A stretch of 64,000 bases of DNA from an uncultured Chloroflexia bacterium (GTDB lineage Bacteria; Chloroflexota; Limnocylindria; Limnocylindrales; CSP1-4). The DNA is taken from positions 96,001 to 160,000 of the forward strand of contig CAWHXD010000005.1 in assembly GCA_963833225.1 (NCBI GenBank), given 5' to 3'. Of this stretch, positions 11,096 to 20,883 are shown one piece after another. A model generated the notes under the pieces. The model did no database searches. It was not told the DNA's origin and worked only from the letters and a program-made list of their open reading frames with translations. Every line of letters starts with the position of its first letter. The stretch's first letter is position 1. The translations under genes and the position numbers were made by a program.

Positions 11096-11974
11096 ATGCG
11101 CGTTCGAAAAGCCGTCTTCCCGGCTGCCGGCTGGGGCACCCGCTTCCTGCCGGCGACCAAGGCCCAGCCCAAGGAGATGCTGCCCCTGGTCGACAAGCCG
11201 GTGATCCAGTACGCCGTCGAGGAGGCGGTGGCCGCGGGCATCGAGCAGGTCATCATCGTCACCTCCTCGCAGAAGCGGATGATCGAGGACCACTTCGACC
11301 TCAACTACGAGCTGGAGCACCTGCTCGAGGAGCGAGGCGAGATCGAGAAGCTGCGCCAGGTCCGGCACATCAGCGACCTGGCCCAGGTGGCCTACGTGCG
11401 CCAGAAGGAGCAGCTTGGCCTGGGCCACGCGGTGCTGATGGCCAAGGACCTCATCGGCCACGAGCCCTTCGCGGTCATCCTGCCGGATGACGTGGTGATC
11501 GCCGATCGGCCGTGCATCGGGCAGCTGATCCACGCGTATCAGCAGCACCACGGCAGCGTGGTGGCTGTGACCGAGGTCGCACCCGAGGACACCAGCCGCT
11601 ACGGCGTCATCGCCGGCGAGCCTGTCGACGAGGGGCACGACCAGGACCGCACCTACCGTCTCACCGGACTGATCGAGAAGCCGGAGCCGGGGACGGCGCC
11701 GTCCAACCTCGCGATCATCGGCCGCTATGTGCTGACGCCCAAGATCTTCGACAAGCTCGAGCAGACCCAGCGCGGCGCCGGCGGCGAGATCCAGCTGACC
11801 GACGCGATCCGGGCGCTCATGGATGAGCAGAGCGTGTTCGGCTATCTCTACGAGGGAACGCGCTACGACGCCGGCACCACGATGGGCTGGCTTCGCGCGT
11901 CTGTGGAGCTGGCGCTCGCCCGACCCGAGTTTGGCAGCGAGTTCCGCGAGTACCTCCGCACGCTCGACATCTAG
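11096..11974 (+). CDS. galU: UTP--glucose-1-phosphate uridylyltransferase
   Basis: KAVFPAAGWGTRFLPATKAQPKEMLPLVDKP, LGLGHAV, GEIQLTDAI. Confidence 0.96.
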   Translation: MRVRKAVFPAAGWGTRFLPATKAQPKEMLPLVDKPVIQYAVEEAVAAGIEQVIIVTSSQKRMIEDHFDLNYELEHLLEERGEIEKLRQVRHISDLAQVAYVRQKEQLGLGHAVLMAKDLIGHEPFAVILPDDVVIADRPCIGQLIHAYQQHHGSVVAVTEVAPEDTSRYGVIAGEPVDEGHDQDRTYRLTGLIEKPEPGTAPSNLAIIGRYVLTPKIFDKLEQTQRGAGGEIQLTDAIRALMDEQSVFGYLYEGTRYDAGTTMGWLRASVELALARPEFGSEFREYLRTLDI

Positions 11975-12066
11975 GCCAGCGTCGGCGAGGGATCACGGGT
12001 CCGTGGGGTAGGATGCCCCCGGCCGTGGCGACAGGCCTGCCGCACGAGAAGGGGACGAGCAGAACC

Positions 12067-13968
12067 GTGACTGAGATCGGGAGTGTGCTGGGCGGCCGGT
12101 ATCGCCTGGTTGAGCTCCTCGGCCAGGGTGGCATGGCGACCATCTACCGGGCGCGCGACGCCCAGCTGGATCGGGACGTCGCCGTCAAGCTGCTGCGCTC
12201 CGAGCTCGGGCGAGACCCGGACTTCCTGGCTCGCTTCCGCGACGAGGCTCGAGCCGCCGCTTCGCTCAACCACCCGAACATCGTGTCCGTGTTCGATTTC
12301 GGCGAGGAGGCGTCCGGCCCGTACATCGTGATGGAGCTGATCGACGGCCAGGACCTGTCGTCGATGCTGCGCGAGAACGGTCACCTCGCCCCGCGCCAGG
12401 CCGCCCGCGTCGCCGCCGAGGTTGCCAAGGCGCTCCACGCGGCCCATGTCCGCGGGATCGTGCACCGGGACGTCAAGCCTTCGAACATCCTGGTCGGTCG
12501 CGACGGCCGCGTGAAGGTCGCCGACTTCGGGATCGCTCGCGCCCTCACGGAGGCGCAGGTGACGCTTCCGGGCACCACGATGGGCTCGGTCCACTACTTC
12601 AGCCCCGAGCAGGCCCGAGGTGAGAACGCGACCCAGGCGTCAGACATCTACGCGCTGGGCATCGTCCTGTACGAGTCGCTGACCGGCCAGCGTCCGTTCT
12701 CCGGCGACGGGGCGGCAGCCGTCGCGCTGGCCCGCCTGACCACCACGCCCCCGCGGCCCTCGGCGCTTCGCGCGGGCACGCCCGTCGAGCTCGACCGGAT
12801 CGTGCAGCGCGCGATGGCGCTCAACCCGGCCGATCGGTTTGCGTCATCGGCCTCGATGGCCAGCGCGCTCGAGGGGTGGCTCGCAGACCCGGCGGCCGCT
12901 CAGCCCGGGACCGCCGCCGCAGGGGCCGCGGCCGCCGGGGCTACCCGCACCGTCGCATCGGCGCAGGCTCGCCAGAATGCCCTTCCGTATCCGGCCGACG
13001 CCTACGCCCGATCGGCACCACCGGCATCCGTCTCCACGCGCGGGACGCCTCCTCCGCCGCCCGGAACCAGCCTTGATGGTGAGGACGCCGGCGGTTCCGG
13101 CCCCTGGGCCTGGATCGCCGGCCTGATCGGGCTCGTCATCCTCGGGATCGTCGGCTTCCTGGTCTTCCAGATGCTGACCAGCGGGGGGGCAACCTCCCCG
13201 TCGGCCAGCCCATCCCCGTCGGTCTCCGAATCGCCATCGACCGGCACCGTGGTCGTGCCCCTGTTCGTCGACCTCTCCATCACCGAAGCGCAGTCGCAGG
13301 CCGATCAGCTCGGCATCCGGCTGGTCATCGCCGGGACCGAGGAGCGCACGGACATCGATCCCGACATCGTCCTCTCGCAGGATCCGACCGAGGGAGCATC
13401 CATCGCCGAGGGCTCCGACGTGAGGATCACGATCTCGCGCGGGCCGACCTCGGTCGCCGTGCCGGACCTCCGCACCCGGCCCGAGAACGAGGCCCTCCAG
13501 CTGATCGTGACGGCCAAGCTGACGGTGGGCCAGAAGACCACCGCGTTCGACCCGACCATCCCCAAGAACGTCGTGATCTCGCAGAGCCCGAGCCCTGGCA
13601 TCCTTGTGGCCCTCGGCACACCCGTCGACTACGTGGTGTCCGCCGGGCCCGAGCCCACCCCCACGCCCAGCCCGACGCCCAGCCCCACGCCCAGCCCGAC
13701 GCCCACACCGGTGCCGACCCCGACGCCCACGCCGGCGCCGGTCAACGTCGGCGACTACCAGTGCGTGACGGTCGAGGTGGCCACGAACCTGATCGACGCG
13801 GACGGGTTCGCGCTTGGCACGGTGACCTCCGAGCCGGCCGGCACGGACCCGGTCCCGCAGACGTGGATCGTCATCGACCAGGCGCCGAATCCCGGCGCGA
13901 AGCGCCCGATCGGGACGGCGATCAATCTCGTCGCTGCCGATCCGGCCACCGTGACGACCTGCCCCTGA
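12067..13968 (+). CDS. pknB: PknB-like Hanks Ser/Thr kinase with a TM helix and PASTA domains
   Basis: LGQGGMA, VAVK, HRDVKPSN, DFGIA, YFSPEQARG; TM helix; three PASTA-like repeats; PT linker. Confidence 0.93.
   Translation: MTEIGSVLGGRYRLVELLGQGGMATIYRARDAQLDRDVAVKLLRSELGRDPDFLARFRDEARAAASLNHPNIVSVFDFGEEASGPYIVMELIDGQDLSSMLRENGHLAPRQAARVAAEVAKALHAAHVRGIVHRDVKPSNILVGRDGRVKVADFGIARALTEAQVTLPGTTMGSVHYFSPEQARGENATQASDIYALGIVLYESLTGQRPFSGDGAAAVALARLTTTPPRPSALRAGTPVELDRIVQRAMALNPADRFASSASMASALEGWLADPAAAQPGTAAAGAAAAGATRTVASAQARQNALPYPADAYARSAPPASVSTRGTPPPPPGTSLDGEDAGGSGPWAWIAGLIGLVILGIVGFLVFQMLTSGGATSPSASPSPSVSESPSTGTVVVPLFVDLSITEAQSQADQLGIRLVIAGTEERTDIDPDIVLSQDPTEGASIAEGSDVRITISRGPTSVAVPDLRTRPENEALQLIVTAKLTVGQKTTAFDPTIPKNVVISQSPSPGILVALGTPVDYVVSAGPEPTPTPSPTPSPTPSPTPTPVPTPTPTPAPVNVGDYQCVTVEVATNLIDADGFALGTVTSEPAGTDPVPQTWIVIDQAPNPGAKRPIGTAINLVAADPATVTTCP
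13655..13735 (+). repeat. Pro-Thr/Ser coding tandem repeat (PTPS)n in the kinase linker
   Basis: cccacgcccagcccgacgcccagc repeated units. Confidence 0.85.
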
Positions 13969-13984
13969 GGGGGCCCCGGACGGT

Positions 13985-14460
13985 CTAGAGGTCCGGCCAG
14001 GGCTCCGGATCGCCCCACAGCCACCACGCGCCGGGGATACGACCGCCCGCGCCCGTCGCCGGCGAGATCTGGGCGGCCCGGGCCACGGCGGCATCCATGG
14101 TCCCGGTTCGGGTGGCGTGCATGGGGCGGGGTCCGGCGGGCGGCGTGGATGCCTCGACCGGAACGAATGTTCTGGGCTCACGCACCGAGGTCCCCCGCCG
14201 GGCGCAACCCCGGGCCCAACGGCCACCGGTTGACGCGAGCCCGGCTCGGGTGGCTGTGGCGTTCCGACCCAGCAGGCGCGCATCTCGAACCCCGTCAGCG
14301 CCGGGTGCCGGGGATCCAGGCCGCACACGCCCAGGCCACCCGCGACGCCCCTTCGGAAGTGGCGGCACGTCATACACGAGGTGGTGGAGCGGCGGCAGAC
14401 CCAGCAGCGGGACGACTCCGGCTGCGGGGTGGCGCAGTGGGGGCACCGCCAGACCGCCAT
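13985..14460 (-). CDS. Cys-rich putative zinc-finger protein, with one frameshift near 14190
   Basis: MAVWRCPHC..RCWVC..SCMTCRHF..VCGLD..RACW in the frame of ORF 12844..14745; the C-terminus (RTFVPVE...WWLWGDPEPWPDL*) is in ORF 13985..14446. Confidence 0.7.
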
Positions 14461-14521
14461 GGAAGGATCGTCGCTGCGCCCGGGGCGGCTGTCGAGCCGT
14501 TTCCGCTTCGGGGCCGAACGC

Positions 14522-15733
14522 CTATTCGACGACGGTGAGGACCTGGCGGTCGCTGACGTCCCCCTGCCCGGCGACGGTGACGAGGACGGTGGCCAGGCCA
14601 CCGCCTGGCATGGCTCCCGGCGGGACCGTGGTGGTGAAGCTCGCCACGCCGTTGCCGTCGGTCGCGATCTCTGCCGAGACGATCGCCTCCAGGCCCGGGA
14701 CGCTGACCGTGAACAGCGCGACGGCGCCCTGCAGGCGTCGGCCATCGGGATCGGTGACTGTCACCGTGAGCGTGATCTTCTTGGGCAGCTTCGAGGCCTT
14801 GAACCGGTCGGTCGAGGCGGACAGGACCGCGGTCAGCTTGCCCGATCCCTTGCGCACCGTCAGCTCCGCGGTGTTCTCGTTTCCGGCCGGGTCGGTCGCG
14901 CGGACGGTGATCAGGTTCACGCCGACGGCGATGGCGATGGGCGTCTCCCACAGGCCGTCGCTGCCGGCGATGGTCGTGGCGATGGCGCCATTGGCGGCGT
15001 TCTGGAGGCGGATCTCGGCGCCGGCCTGCGACTTGCCCTTGACCGTGACGTTGGACCGGTTGACCAGGGCGTTGTCCTTGGGCGAGATGACGCTGACCTT
15101 GGGCTTGGACCGATCCAGGATCCAGGTTGCGACCTCGGACCGCTCGCCCTCGCCACCCGGTCCGAAGATCACCGCCTGCAGGTCGTTCCGCCCGGAAGCG
15201 AGGGTCACCCCGACGAACACGTGGATCGACGTCGCCCCGACCGGCTCCTCGCGGATGAGCTCGGGCTCCTGGTCCGCCAGGGTGTCGTACAGCCGGATGG
15301 TGTTGTCATTGGTGCCCGTCACGTCGGCCGGCACGTTCACCGTGATGTCCACCGTCTCGCGGTTGGTGTAGGGGTTGTCGGGGGCTTCGATCGACGGCGC
15401 GCCGGCCAGATCCGGGACATCCGTTGGGCTCGGGCTGGCGGTCACCGTCGCGACATCCGGCACAAGTCCGCCAATGCCCTGGAGGGCCGATGCGACCAGC
15501 GGCCCGAGCTGCGCGAGGCTCACCCAGAGGATCGTGCCGCCGAGCAGGACGATCGATGCGGCGAGCAGGATCTTGGGCGCGAGGGGCAGTCCGTGGCGGC
15601 GCTCGATGCGGCGATAGCGGTCGAGCCGGGCGGGCGACGGAGTGACCGGCCGCACGCGTGTGGGCGACGGGCGGCCGGTGGAGGGGGGGCGCGGCCTGAC
15701 CTGTGAGGGCCGGTCACCGTGGCGGGGGTCCAT
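14522..15733 (-). CDS. Membrane-anchored protein with bacterial Ig-like domains
   Basis: N-terminal TM (ILLAASIVLLGGTILWV); Ig-like motifs GVNLITVRATDPAGN, VTVTDPDG and TDGNGVASF. Confidence 0.82.
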   Translation of the reverse strand: MDPRHGDRPSQVRPRPPSTGRPSPTRVRPVTPSPARLDRYRRIERRHGLPLAPKILLAASIVLLGGTILWVSLAQLGPLVASALQGIGGLVPDVATVTASPSPTDVPDLAGAPSIEAPDNPYTNRETVDITVNVPADVTGTNDNTIRLYDTLADQEPELIREEPVGATSIHVFVGVTLASGRNDLQAVIFGPGGEGERSEVATWILDRSKPKVSVISPKDNALVNRSNVTVKGKSQAGAEIRLQNAANGAIATTIAGSDGLWETPIAIAVGVNLITVRATDPAGNENTAELTVRKGSGKLTAVLSASTDRFKASKLPKKITLTVTVTDPDGRRLQGAVALFTVSVPGLEAIVSAEIATDGNGVASFTTTVPPGAMPGGGLATVLVTVAGQGDVSDRQVLTVVE

Positions 15734-15938
15734 CGGGCGCGATTGTCGCATGAAGCGGCCGGATAGCCATTGGACGAGGTGACGTGGTCCGAGACGCGGC
15801 GGGATCGTGTCGGTGCGCGGTGATACGCTCCCCAATGCGACTCGCCCCTGCTGTCCCGTGGGGCGTCTGCGCACGCGAGGGAGCCGTGGAGCCGCGCGAC
15901 CGGAGACCCGTCCGACCGTCGCCGGGGGATCGAGGCTC

Positions 15939-16503
15939 ATGGAGCCATGGGCCGATCTCCCGCGTGAACCCGCGCCCGGCGAGCCAGGCCGCAGGCGACG
16001 ATGATCCGCGCGCCGCGCACGCTGCCGGCCGGCCCGTGATGCCCGCTGTGCCACCGCCGCGGTACCCGTCCGCGCCACTCGAGACCGGCGCAGCCGGCCG
16101 TCCCCGTCCGCCGGTCTTCGGCCGCCGGCCGTCGCGCTTCCAGTCCTCGCCGCCGACCGAGCGCGGGTCCGTCGCGATGTACGGCCGCCCGGCCGCGCCC
16201 TATCCCGTCCGGCCCGGCGCGACCGGCGGACCGCGCACGTCCTCGCCGCCGGTGCGAGGGGGGTTCGGCCTGCCGAGCCTGCGGCGCAACGTCTGCCCGC
16301 ACTTCTACATGACCGGGTCCCGTGGCGCGATCCCGATCCAGGCGCCGCACCTGCTCAAGGGCCTGCTGCGCCAGGCGAACAACATCTCGCGCTGCCAGCT
16401 GCGCGGCGGAGTCCACCTCGACGAGGGGTTCGTCAACGACGTCTGCTTGACGCCGCGGTTCAACCAGTGCGTGTTCTACGAGGACGGCCTGAACCAGGAG
16501 TGA
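15939..16503 (+). CDS. Pro-rich protein with a C-terminal 4-Cys domain; N-terminus frameshifted, start uncertain
   Basis: C-terminus CPHFY..SRC..DVCLTPRFNQCVFYE with strong codon bias; its stop overlaps the folC GTG start. Confidence 0.7.
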
Positions 16504-17919
16504 CGCGACCTGGCTCCCCCGCGCCCCCGCACCTACGCCGAGGCCCTCGAGGCCATCGACGCCCGCGGCCGGTATCGGCATCCGACTGGGTCTTGGCCGG
16601 GTCCGGGCGCTGCTCCGTGCGCTCGGTGAGCCCCAGCTCGGCATCCACGGCGCGCTGGTGGCCGGGACAAACGGAAAGGGCAGCGTGATCGCCCTCGCAG
16701 CGTCCGCCTTGCGGGCGGCCGGCTACCGGGTGGGGGAGACGCCCAAGCCCCACCTCGGTGAGCTACCGCGAGCGCATCGTCGTGGATGGCCATCCGATCG
16801 CGGCCGCGGACTTCGCCCGGCTGGTGGACCTGGCCGTCGCCGCCGCTGACGGCGTCGCCCGTCGCCTCGGGACCGCCGACCGAGTTCGAGCTGCTGACGG
16901 CGGTCATGTTCCGGCACTTCGCGGAGGTATCGCTCGACCTGGCGCTGGTCGAGGTCGGTCTGGGCGGCCGGCTGGATGCCACCAACGCCTGGGACGGAGG
17001 TGTCGCGGTGCTGACCAACGTCGGGCTGGACCACACCGACCGGCTGGGACCCACGATCGAGCACATCGCCCGCGAGAAGGTCGCCATCGTCAAGCGTGGC
17101 GACGTGGCGGTCACGGGGGCCGAAGGTGCAGCGCTGGCCATCCTGCGACGGCGCTGCGCGCGCCTGGGCGTGCCGCTCGCCGTGGCGGCCCCGGCACCGC
17201 TCCTCGGCTGGTCGCGTGACGGGGTCACCGTGGAGCTGCCCCGGCTGGGGGCGGTGGACGTTGGGCTCCGGGGACGTCACCAGGCGGCCAACGTCGCGGT
17301 CGCCGACGGCCTGCTGGACGCCCTGGAGGAGGCTGGGATCGCGACCGTCGGCGCGGCGGCCCGGCGACGAGGCTACGCGGCCGCCCGCTGGCCGGGACGG
17401 CTCGAGCTCGTCACGGTGCCCGCACAGGCCGGCCGGCCTGCGCGCGAGGTCCTCCTCGACGGCGCGCACAATGCCGATGGCGCGGCTGCGCTCGCGCGGG
17501 CGCTGGAGGACCTGCGGCCGCACCTCGCCGGCGGTGGAGAGACGCCACCGGCGCCGGTGACGGTCCTCTGGGCATCGATGGCCGACAAGGACGTCAAGGC
17601 CGTCGTGGCCGCCGCCGCCACGACGGCGCTCGCGGGCGCCACCGTCGTGTGCACCTCGCTCGATCTGCCTCGTGCGCTTCCTGCCGGTGATCTGGCGGCG
17701 GCCTGGCGGGCGGCGCTTCGCGTGCCGGCGACCGACATGGAGGCCATCGCGGACGTGCGAGCCGTGGCGGACGTCGATGCGGCGCTGGACCTCGCGCTGG
17801 CCCTGGGGCGCGGGCCGCTCGTGGTTGCGGGCTCGCTCTATCTCGTGGGGGCGGTGCGGGCAAGGCTCGTCGACGATCCGGACCTGCGGGATCCCGGCGA
17901 GGCGCCGGACCGGGCATGA
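16500..17919 (+). CDS. folC: Folylpolyglutamate synthase/dihydrofolate synthase, frameshifted at about 16530-16880
   Basis: AGTNGKGS, SYRERI, TEFELLT, EVGLGGRLDATN, WPGRLE, LDGAHN, GSLYLVG across frames. Confidence 0.92.
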
Positions 17920-17926
17920 TCACCGC

Positions 17927-18907
17927 ATGAGCGACCGCGACCTCCCCGCCGAGCGCGGCGTGGTCGCTGCCCGGCCCGAGCTGGGCGGCGGCGCTGCCAC
18001 GCCCTCGTTCAACCTTCCCGGCGACGCCGATCCGGGTCTTCCCGGCGCGCCGCTTCCGGTGTGGATTGGCCCCACGCTGTTCCGGTGGGGCGCGCGCACC
18101 CACGTCATGGGGATCCTCAACGTGACCCTCGACAGCTTCTCCGGCGATGGCCTGCTGGCCACGGCCGACCCGGTGGCGGCCGCCCTTGCCCAGGCTCGAC
18201 ACATGGTCGCGGACGGCGCCGACGTGCTGGACATCGGCGGGGCATCGAGCCGTCCCGGTCACGCTCCGCTCGAGCCCGCGCGGGAGATCGGTCGCGTGGT
18301 ACCGGTCATCCGCGCCGTTGCGGCCGCCCTCCCGGACACCGTGATCTCGATCGACACCACCAGCCCGGCGGTCGCCGAGGCCGCCCTCGACGCCGGCGCG
18401 CACCTCCTCAACGACGTCTGGGGTGTCGCCGAGGACCCGGGCATGATCCGCGTCGCCGCCGAGCGTGGCGTGCCCATCGTCCTGATGCACAACCGCGCCG
18501 AGCCCCGCTACCGGAACCTGGTCGCCGACGTCATCGCCGATCTGCACGGGGCGCTGGAGCGCGCGCTGGCCGTCGGGGTCCCGTGGGAGCGGCTGATCAT
18601 CGACCCTGGGTTCGGCTTCGGCAAGACGCCCGACCACAATCTCGCCCTGCTCGCGAACCTGTCCGCGATCCGGGTCCTGGGACGGCCGATGTTGCTGGGG
18701 ACGTCGCGCAAGTCAAGCCTCGGCAAGGTCCTGGACCTGCCCGCCGACCAGCGCGTCGAGGCAACCACCGCGACCACGGCCCTCGGCATCGCCGCCGGTG
18801 TCGACATCGTGCGAGTCCACGACGTGCGCGAGAACGTCCGGACGGTGCGGGTCGCGGATGCGATCCTGCGCGGGTGGCGCCCGGACGGGTGGCCCGGAGG
18901 AGCCTGA
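17927..18907 (+). CDS. folP: Dihydropteroate synthase
   Basis: MGILNVTLDSFSGDG, DIGGASSRPG, DPGFGFGK, GTSRKS, VRVHDV. Confidence 0.95.
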   Translation: MSDRDLPAERGVVAARPELGGGAATPSFNLPGDADPGLPGAPLPVWIGPTLFRWGARTHVMGILNVTLDSFSGDGLLATADPVAAALAQARHMVADGADVLDIGGASSRPGHAPLEPAREIGRVVPVIRAVAAALPDTVISIDTTSPAVAEAALDAGAHLLNDVWGVAEDPGMIRVAAERGVPIVLMHNRAEPRYRNLVADVIADLHGALERALAVGVPWERLIIDPGFGFGKTPDHNLALLANLSAIRVLGRPMLLGTSRKSSLGKVLDLPADQRVEATTATTALGIAAGVDIVRVHDVRENVRTVRVADAILRGWRPDGWPGGA

Positions 18908-18913
18908 CCAACC

Positions 18914-19291
18914 GTGAGCGACCGGATCGTCCTGGACTCGATGACCTTCATGGGCACCCACGGTGTCTACGCGGAGGAGCAGCTCACGCCGCAGCCGTTC
19001 GAGGTCGACGTGGAGCTGATGCTCAACCTGGAGCCGGCGGGGCTCTCGGACGACCTCGAGCGGACCGTCGACTATGGTCAGGTCTTCGAGACCTGCCGCC
19101 AGATCGTGGAGTCCACCCGTTTCGACCTCATCGAGGCCCTTGCCGAAGCCATCGCCCAGGAGCTGCTGGTCGGCTTCCCGGTCGACGAGGTCACGGTCCG
19201 GATCCGCAAGCCGAAGGTGAAGCTGGGCGGCACGTTGCGCTCGGCAGGAGTCGAGATCCGGCGCCGTCGTCGCTCGGTGTCGACAGGCTGA
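18914..19291 (+). CDS. folB: Dihydroneopterin aldolase
   Basis: HGVYAEE..QPFEVD, SDDLERTVDY, LIEALAE, VRIRKP. Confidence 0.95.
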   Translation: MSDRIVLDSMTFMGTHGVYAEEQLTPQPFEVDVELMLNLEPAGLSDDLERTVDYGQVFETCRQIVESTRFDLIEALAEAIAQELLVGFPVDEVTVRIRKPKVKLGGTLRSAGVEIRRRRRSVSTG

Positions 19292-19413
19292 GCGGTTCGA
19301 GCCACTGGCCGCGGAGGTGTCCCTCCGCCCCCGGAACGTCGGACGCGCCGTCCGGGCCCTCCGGGCGGCGCGCTGTGTCGCGAGGCGGCGGACACCCGCC
19401 CTTCGCCACGTGG

Positions 19414-20883
19414 CTAGAGGTTGCTGGGCCTGGTCCCGAGCACCACCGTGAGCTTGATGGTCGCCCCGTTGCGGAGCACGTCGAGGACGATGCTGTCCTC
19501 GGGCGCGAACTGCGTGAGCACCGCATCGAGCGGATGCTCCTGGTCGATCTTGATCCCGTTGATGGCCACGATGACATCGCCGTCCTGGATCCCGGCCAGG
19601 GCCGCCGGGCTACCGTCGACGACGGCGGATCCGGCGCCATTCGCGTTGGTCACGAGCGCGCCGTTGTCGACGGTCAGGCTGTTGTCGGTCTTCACCTGCT
19701 GGTTGATCGAGGTGAACCGGATGCCGATCCATGGACGGCTGAGCTTCTCGCCCTTCAGGGCCTGGCTCATGATCGGCTTCGCGATGTCGATGGGGATCGC
19801 GAAGCCGATGCCTGCAGACTGCGTGGCAACGGCGGTGTTGATGCCCACGACCGCGCCAGTGGCGTCGGCAAGCGGACCGCCGGAGTTGCCGGGGTTGATG
19901 GCGGCGTCGGTCTGGATCAGGTTGTTGATGCGGGTCCCGCTGTCAACCACGATGTCGCGACCCTCGCCGGAGACGATGCCACTGGTCACCGAGAACGAAT
20001 AGGTGCCGAGGGGGCTGCCGATGGCGACCACGAGCTGCCCGATCTTGAGCCCATCGCTCGCACCCAGCGTCGCGACTGGCAGGCCGGTCGCGTCGATCTT
20101 GACGATGGCCAGGTCTGTCAGCGTGTCGATGCCGTACACCCGGCCGTCGAACTGGCGACCGTCCTTGAGCTCGACGGTGAGCTTCTCGGCATCGGCGATG
20201 ACGTGTCGATTGGTGAGGATCCATCCGTTCGAGTCGTAGATGAAGCCGGAGCCCACGCCCTCGCTGGGCACGCCGCCGAACGGATCGTTCGAGGCGCCCT
20301 CGACGGTGATCTTGACGACGGCGGGCCCGACCTTCTCGGCCGCATCGATGACAGCCGACGACTCGTCGATCGTCACGGGCTGCTGGCCGGAGGTGGGCAG
20401 CGCCGCCCCGGTGTTCGACGTCGGTGCCGGCCGGTCGAACGCGCCGGTCTGGTTGAGCGCGACGACGGTCCCGCCCGAGGCGAGCACGGCTGACAGCAGG
20501 GACGCCATGACGATCGTGCCGACGCCTGCTCCGCCGCGCTTGCCCGGCGGCGGCTGCGAAACGCCGCCCGGCGTCCCGAAGGCCGGCGGCTGCGACCCAC
20601 CTGTCCCCGTCGCGGGTTGGCCCCAGGCAGGCGGCGCGCCATAGGGCTGCCCGCCATAGGGCTGCCCACCATAGGGCTGCCCACCGAGCGGCGGCGGGCT
20701 CGAGGTCGCCGGCTCCGGCCAGCGCTCCGGGCCGGGCCGGTTGTCCGGCGAGGCCCATGCCCAGCGGGCGTCCGGCCGCGGATCGGGCGGCGGCGCGTAG
20801 CGGGGGACCTCGGTGGGCTGGGTGTCGTCAAGCGGATCGGGACCGGCGGGCTGGGGCTCGCCGGGGACGGGGTTTTCGTTCAT
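19414..20883 (-). CDS. htrA: HtrA/DegP-family serine protease with a PDZ domain
   Basis: GSGFI, TNRHV, DLAIVKI, IQTDAAINPGNSGG; TM anchor; C-terminal PDZ. Confidence 0.93.
   Translation of the reverse strand: MNENPVPGEPQPAGPDPLDDTQPTEVPRYAPPPDPRPDARWAWASPDNRPGPERWPEPATSSPPPLGGQPYGGQPYGGQPYGAPPAWGQPATGTGGSQPPAFGTPGGVSQPPPGKRGGAGVGTIVMASLLSAVLASGGTVVALNQTGAFDRPAPTSNTGAALPTSGQQPVTIDESSAVIDAAEKVGPAVVKITVEGASNDPFGGVPSEGVGSGFIYDSNGWILTNRHVIADAEKLTVELKDGRQFDGRVYGIDTLTDLAIVKIDATGLPVATLGASDGLKIGQLVVAIGSPLGTYSFSVTSGIVSGEGRDIVVDSGTRINNLIQTDAAINPGNSGGPLADATGAVVGINTAVATQSAGIGFAIPIDIAKPIMSQALKGEKLSRPWIGIRFTSINQQVKTDNSLTVDNGALVTNANGAGSAVVDGSPAALAGIQDGDVIVAINGIKIDQEHPLDAVLTQFAPEDSIVLDVLRNGATIKLTVVLGTRPSNL
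20638..20682 (-). repeat. 3 x 15-bp tandem repeat encoding GQPYG in the HtrA N-terminus
   Basis: (g/a)ccatagggctgccc x3 on the + strand. Confidence 0.9.
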
